Below are positions 58,353 through 64,000 of a stretch of DNA of 64,000 nucleotides, piece by piece; the first letter of the stretch is position 1, and each line of letters begins with the position of its first letter. The notes under the pieces are model-generated. The model ran no database searches. It was not told where the DNA came from and was given only the letters and a program-made list of their open reading frames with translations. The stretch lies in the NCBI GenBank assembly GCA_008632985.1, contig QPGO01000015.1:435998-499997 (forward strand), in the 5' to 3' direction. A program made the translations under genes and the position numbers. Source of the stretch: Psammoneis japonica. Its lineage: Eukaryota.

Positions 58353-59381
58353 ATGAAGAGCGTCGCTTGTTCGTCTTTGTGCATTGCGTATTTCTGCCTT
58401 GGTGCTGCCTCTGCGTTCGCGCCGTCTTCCCTGTCAAATGACAGGAAAGCGTCGGCGTTTCTTTTGCATTCTACCGCCGAGGCTGACACGGCAACGGTGT
58501 CGTCGGCTTCGCAGTATTCTGGAATGGGAGCTGCAAGAGTGGACGTCAACAAATACAATCTTCCTCTTGAGCAAATTTCTCAGGAATGGACAGCGCGGAT
58601 GGTTGCAGAGTCTTCCATGACAGAAGCGGGAATTTATCTGGGTGCAAAATCAGAAAAGGACATTTTCGTCGACACCGTCAAAGTTGAAATTCCCCGGCGT
58701 CAAAACGAGGGCCTTGGCATAGAGTTGTTTGAGCTAGCGGGAGGAAGAGGCGATGGCCTGGGCATCACTGTTGTTTCAGGTGTTGTCGATGGAGGTTGCG
58801 CCGATGGTAGTGGCATTATTGCTGGTGACTCAATTTCCAAGGTTGCAGTAAAACGAACTGAGCGATCGGAGGGAGGAGTACTCTCAGAAGCTGAGGAAGA
58901 AACAGCGGTTTCCACAGAATGCTTGGGATATGATGCAACTGTAGATGCAATTTGCAGTCTGCCTCCCATAGAAAGCGACAATGAAAGAGTCGTTTTGACC
59001 TTGAAACGCCTACGCCGAAAGCCAAAGGTTACCTTGACGCTTCAGTTTCCTCCGTATCAAGGAGAACCGGACACTACTCTTGAGCTTTTTAGCGGTGAAA
59101 ATTTGCGTAGAGCAATGTTGGTGAGAGGAGTGAAGCTCAATGACCCCTTAAGCAGACGGTTCGATTCGGGAGGCAGTGGCGACTGTGGAGCCGACGGCAC
59201 CTGTGCCACCTGCGTAGTAAACATTGTTAGAGGCGAAGAGCTGCTGAACGACATTGAAATTCAGGAGAAACAAATCCTAGCGAAGAACCCTCGATGGAGG
59301 CTTGCCTGCAAGACAATCGTTGGGCACGGAATGCAGGAAGGTGAAATGACTGTTCGAGTCAACCCTAGGCAGTGGGACTAG
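58353..59381 (+). CDS. Plastid-targeted PDZ-like plus 2Fe-2S ferredoxin domain protein
   Basis: ASA-FAP presequence. PDZ-like GLGIEL...VVSGVVDGGCA...IIAGDSI. Ferredoxin GENLRRAML...DCGADGTCATCVV...RLAC. Confidence 0.85.
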   Translation: MKSVACSSLCIAYFCLGAASAFAPSSLSNDRKASAFLLHSTAEADTATVSSASQYSGMGAARVDVNKYNLPLEQISQEWTARMVAESSMTEAGIYLGAKSEKDIFVDTVKVEIPRRQNEGLGIELFELAGGRGDGLGITVVSGVVDGGCADGSGIIAGDSISKVAVKRTERSEGGVLSEAEEETAVSTECLGYDATVDAICSLPPIESDNERVVLTLKRLRRKPKVTLTLQFPPYQGEPDTTLELFSGENLRRAMLVRGVKLNDPLSRRFDSGGSGDCGADGTCATCVVNIVRGEELLNDIEIQEKQILAKNPRWRLACKTIVGHGMQEGEMTVRVNPRQWD

Positions 59382-59768
59382 GTAAAAGAAGTAGATTTAG
59401 TACGGTTGCATCTCACCGTAGTCTCTACTCTCTACTCTAGACTCTAGTCGTAAAGTTTGCTACAGTACGGTGTAAGGAAAAAAACGATAGAAAGTATTAG
59501 TGAATGGATATTTTTCAAATTTGCCTCACTGCATTTCCCGCCAACCTCCACAAAACGCCCAACGCCTCGATGCTCGCCGTTCGCCGTCACCCGTCACTTT
59601 CACTTTCGGCGTGAACAGACGCCGTCCACGATGCTGAACTCAGGCGCTCCGCTGGCTGTAACGTTAACAACCGAGCAGAGCCTAGCAATTTGCGCTGCAT
59701 TGTCGTTCGAATCATTCCGTGATCCCAAGGGTGAAAGCGAGGTGAACTCCAATCCAACTGACTCGAAA

Positions 59769-60995
59769 ATGGGTTCATGTTTTTCGGCCTGTTCCGAAGC
59801 AAAGAAGGACAATGCCTTTGTATCTTCCAAGCAGCAACACGAGTTGAAGCGTGGTCCACTTGATCCAGTAACGGGGATAAGGATATCACCTTGTGTCGAG
59901 GAAAAGAAAGAGGACAGTCCAACAGCCTTTGAAAGCGACGACGAAGAATTTTTCGACTCGGTGGAGCATCATGATGATTACGACGACAACGACATTAACG
60001 GAGTCTATTCCTCCCCGATGAGTTACTTCTCGACAGGGATAAGTGATTCGTCGTCTCCTGGCTGGCCATCAAGCATTATGAGTTCTCTTCGCGACGGTTC
60101 GAAAAGCAATACAGGAGTCCACATATATCATTCAGACCCGCACGGGTACACGTTGGGTCTCAGCTCTCCTCCTTCGTCTCCAAAACGAAAGGAAAAGGAG
60201 CAAGCACCACCTCCACCAAAGGTTCTTCCTTTGCGATTTCTTAGAGCGGGTAAAGGTGATCCAGTGGTTGGACAGGAGCGCTACGAGAGTACACTAGCTT
60301 GGCGAAAGGAAAACCGCATGGACGAAATTCTATTTGAGCCTAGTCCGCACTTTGAACTCATCAAAAAGCACTATCCTCATTACTTTCATTTGCGCGGAAA
60401 GAACAATTGGCCAGTCTACTATGAAAGCCCACCCAAGACAAATCTCAAGGCTTTGCGCGAGGGCGGTGTAGTTCTGGACGATTTACTGAGGCACTACGCA
60501 ATGGTAACAGAAATGCTTTGGCAGATGATCGAGCCTGACGACTTGGCGAGGTCCATTTATATTATTGATCTTGAGGGCATCGGAATCACTGATTTTGTTG
60601 GGGAAGTGGTGGACTTTGTAAGACAGGCGTCTGCCTTTTGTAACCAGCACTTTCCAGAGCGAGCGGGACTAATCATGGTTATCAACGTTCCATCTTGGTT
60701 CAAGATCATTTGGAATGTGGTGAAGAATTTTGCCGATCCTGTCACGCTTGAGAAAGTTCACATTCTTCGGGGCAAAGACGAGATTTACGAGCGGCTGTGT
60801 GAGAAAATTCCGATCGAGAACATACCGCCTGAGTTTGGAGGGACGTCTGTGCCGCTTGGTGAAGCACCGGAGGAAAAAATGCTTTGGGATTTGATGAGAC
60901 ACAACAACGAGTTGCATGAGAATGGCGTCAGCAGCTGTGGTGGCTTTGAAGGCGGTTGTAAATTCTGCAGCTTTGTTCCGGTTCGCAGCTACTAA
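59769..60995 (+). CDS. Sec14/CRAL-TRIO lipid-binding protein with N-acylation-like start and FFAT-like motif
   Basis: Motifs LRFLRA..TLAWR, PVYYE, IIDLEGIG, HFPERAG...INVPSWF..IW, IPPEFGG. The start is uncertain (59631 or 59769). Confidence 0.85.
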   Translation: MGSCFSACSEAKKDNAFVSSKQQHELKRGPLDPVTGIRISPCVEEKKEDSPTAFESDDEEFFDSVEHHDDYDDNDINGVYSSPMSYFSTGISDSSSPGWPSSIMSSLRDGSKSNTGVHIYHSDPHGYTLGLSSPPSSPKRKEKEQAPPPPKVLPLRFLRAGKGDPVVGQERYESTLAWRKENRMDEILFEPSPHFELIKKHYPHYFHLRGKNNWPVYYESPPKTNLKALREGGVVLDDLLRHYAMVTEMLWQMIEPDDLARSIYIIDLEGIGITDFVGEVVDFVRQASAFCNQHFPERAGLIMVINVPSWFKIIWNVVKNFADPVTLEKVHILRGKDEIYERLCEKIPIENIPPEFGGTSVPLGEAPEEKMLWDLMRHNNELHENGVSSCGGFEGGCKFCSFVPVRSY

Positions 60996-61207
60996 CAAGA
61001 GTTTGGACCTGTGTAATCACTGGGACTCGGCGAAAGGAACAGGGCGGTTTGTACAGTAACGGTTTACACCACATGAGCTTGACGCCATTCACTGTGTCCT
61101 GGCTTACATTTTGAATTCACAATAATTGTAGCGCTAGACGTCATTTTGTATCGGCAAAGTTGTATGTACTCCTCCTTTACTAGTGGGCAACAGGGAATAT
61201 CAAAGAT

Positions 61208-62443
61208 CTACGCAGCAGCAATCGGTTCTGAAGTGTCAATTTCCATGGCATCCAAGTCTTGCTGATCAGCCAACTTCTTCAGTCTGTCAATGATTGGATT
61301 CTGCCCCACCAACACAACGCAGCCCTCGTCCTACATACAAATAATTCCACTGGCAAGTTATAGACGTGTCGTTTCGAAAAAAGTGAAAAACATTGAATGT
61401 ATGCTAACTAGGTACGTACCTTGCTGCACGTTCCATCCTTCGTTTGGACTTCACCAAAGCGATCAATGAAGTCGACCGAAAGACGGTTCACCTTGTTGTT
61501 ACTGATATTGAGTCGTTTGAGGTTGGTTAGGCGACGCGCAAAGCCCACGGGAAGACGCTCTAGTTTGTTGCTGTTGGCGTAAATGGTTTCAAGGCTGATG
61601 CAATCCACAAGGGAAAGCGGAAGTGTCTGAAGTTGGTTGGAAGACACGTGAAGCAGTTTGAGTTCCTTCATTGATGCACCAGGCAAACCCTGAGGGAGCG
61701 ACTCAAGCTTGTTGTGCCTAGGATGAGAATATACGAAGCATAAGTATCATCAGAGGAAAATATGCAATATCAGAGTAGAGATGCAAAAACAGCAGTAGAA
61801 ATATTCACACAAAAATAGCTCACCTCAGAAGCAACGTCTCGAGCTTGGAGAGCTCTGATATTTCTGGAGGAAGATTCTTGATTTGATTGCGGTCAAGAGA
61901 AAGAGTACGTAGGTTCTCGAGATGCTCAATGTCGGCGGGTATGTCTGTAATATTGTTGTTGCTCAGGCGGAGCGTTTCCAAGTTTCTCAGCTTGAGCACA
62001 CAATCGGGTAAGACACCCGTAATCTGACAATCGTCGCAGAATAGCTCCTTGAGCGAGTTGCTCAGTAGCGCCAATTCATCAGGAAGTGTCGTAAGGGGAT
62101 TTCTTCCGATATTCAAGTCTCGCAAATCTGGACAACAGACGTTGCCATCGGATCCACCCAAAATGCCAATGCCTTTGAGAGAGCTGATCTGACAATCATA
62201 CAGAGACAGACTCATCAAATTACGGAGTGAAGGTATGTTTTTCGGCTGGCACAGAATCGAAACACTGCCGCCGAATTCAGCCTTACGTCGCGACAGTCGC
62301 AATTCCTTGAGCACTTCTCGGGTCTTTGGCCGTTTTGCCTCAGGAGGCTCGCCTTCGGTGTTCTCGACCGACGGAGGCTCTTGGACGACGGCTGCGTCGG
62401 CTAAGATCCGAGGTACCTTTCTCAAATCTTTCTTGATAAACAT
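61208..62443 (-). CDS. Leucine-rich repeat protein; 3 exons
   Basis: Repeated LxxLxLxxNxLxxLP units. Introns at ~61823-61718 and ~61419-61332. Stop at 61208-61210. Confidence 0.85.
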
Positions 62444-62868
62444 GTCTACTAGCTAGTATCTATCGATCAACAGTCTTCAGGAAACACAAGTCACAGCGAA
62501 ATCACCAAAAACTAATGACGGCGAGTGCATGACGAAAGACGAGAGACGACGGCTCTTCAAAAATGGCGCGAAAGCAAGGTGCGGTGAGGCGCGATCTGCG
62601 CGCGACGTCTGGCCTGCTGTGCCTGCCACCGCGCACACAGACCACAGAAAAAAAGTCGGGAGTTGGGAGCCGTGTTGTTTGTCGGTGTTGTTGGTGGAGT
62701 CGGCAAGAAGTTCTGTTCAGTAAAGGTGAAGCGACAGAGGGTTACATACATAACATTGTCAATTAGCTTGCCGCCCAGACTGCCAAGAGATTTTCTAAGA
62801 ATCAAGTCCGCTTTTAAAAAGTGTATTGTGAAGATTGGTTGATCGTCAACACGAAGATCTAATTCAAA

Positions 62869-64000
62869 ATGGCGGAACAAGTCCAAGCCGTCCTGGACCA
62901 AATGGTCGCTCCTCTGAAAGACCTGATGGATCGAGGAATTTTCTCAGACGACGAGATTCGAGCGATCGTGTCGAGACGCCGAGAGTCAGAATACCTTCTT
63001 CGGCGTCGAGTTGCGAGAAAGGCCGATTTCCTGCGTTACATCGAAGCAGAGATGTCGTTGGAAAAGCTTCGTGTCATTCGAACTCGTCAGGTCCTGGCGC
63101 GACAAGCCCGATCCGCCAAGCAGAGGAAAAACGATGAACAGCCAAAGGGGAAGAAAACCTATATTGGCGATAGTCATATTGTGGCTCATATTCATTTCCT
63201 GTTTACAAGAATGCTACGCAAGTTTCGGTCCGATGTTTCTCTTCATTTGCAGCACGCTGCGTTTGCAAAGGAAACAAAATCATTTACACGCCTTGGGAGA
63301 ATATACTCGGAAGCATTACAGGTGCATCCTCGCAACGTGGCGCTTTGGATTGAGGCAGCTTCGCTGGAATTCTTTGGTCATATCGACGAAAGGGACAACG
63401 TGTCGGCGGTGGCTCCGTTCAGAACGCTCGAGTTCTGTTGCAGCGGGCCTTGCGCGTCAATTCCTCGTCACAAGATTTGTGGCTTCAATATTTTGCGCTT
63501 GAATTACATCACCTTCAAAAGCTTAGAGGAAGACGAGAAATTCTTCAAATCGAAGGTGACGCTACAACCGCCGAAGAGGACAACAGGCATACTGAAGTTA
63601 ATGTGGACGACGACTCGCTCTTTACTCAAGCTACCATTGCGACGGTCGTGTTCAAGAACGCCATCAAAGCTATTCCCGATGATGTTACATTTCGACTCAA
63701 GTTCTTGGTCCTTTTGAAGCGATTTCCACAAACCGAAGCTGTTGAAACCGTCATTATGAACAGTATCAAGGAAGACTTTCATGACAAACCTGATGCGTGG
63801 ATCGCACGGGCAAATTTTGCTCTTGAACGGAAGAACGAAGGGACAAATGCCAGTGAAGCAGAAACGGACGGAGAGATGGTGGGATTCACGACAGGGTCTT
63901 CACTTTCAGAGATCAATACAGACGATGGTTTACCCCCAAGAAAAAGACAGAGAGCCAGTCAAGGTGTTATTGAGGATGACGTACTGATGGTCCTACAGGA
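62869..64000 (+). CDS. UTP6: U3 snoRNA-associated protein 6 (HAT repeats), truncated at the window end, with one apparent frameshift
   Basis: Motifs MAEQVQ..L..M...L.DL...GIFS.DEI..IV.RR...EY.L.RR...K.DFLRYI.AE and HPRN..LWI.AA..EF. After a frame change near 63405 it reads NARVLLQRALRVN..SQDLWLQYF.LEL. Confidence 0.9.

Overview
Eukaryotic nuclear DNA, most likely a diatom: short GT-AG introns, several signal-peptide plus ASAFAP-like plastid presequences, a violaxanthin de-epoxidase-like gene and a CoDi-like Copia element. About 20 compact host genes (JmjC, TTC4/Cns1, VDL, LSM14, Qc-SNARE, mitochondrial carrier, COG4, DUS2, RlmN, TMEM151-like, PDZ-ferredoxin, Sec14, LRR, UTP6 and others) alternate with five repeat domains (~1-700, 4043-9496, ~13350-26250, ~40200-45780, ~47520-49800). 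These domains include a full-length Gypsy and a full-length Copia, each with paired LTRs and a 5-bp TSD. The main observation is that the repeat domains have lost almost all TpA dinucleotides through TA->CA and TA->TG changes. Conserved Tyr codons of RT, RNase H and integrase, including YxDD, now read His or Cys. The two Copia LTRs differ at TpA sites, so the process acted after insertion and on both strands. Neighbouring genes are untouched and intergenic spacers carry TpA-rich motif islands. This resembles a repeat-targeted A:T->G:C hypermutation, the mirror image of fungal RIP. Its mechanism cannot be seen in this window. A few single-base frameshifts in conserved genes suggest residual assembly indel errors. 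All family assignments come from motif recognition by eye; no database search was run.
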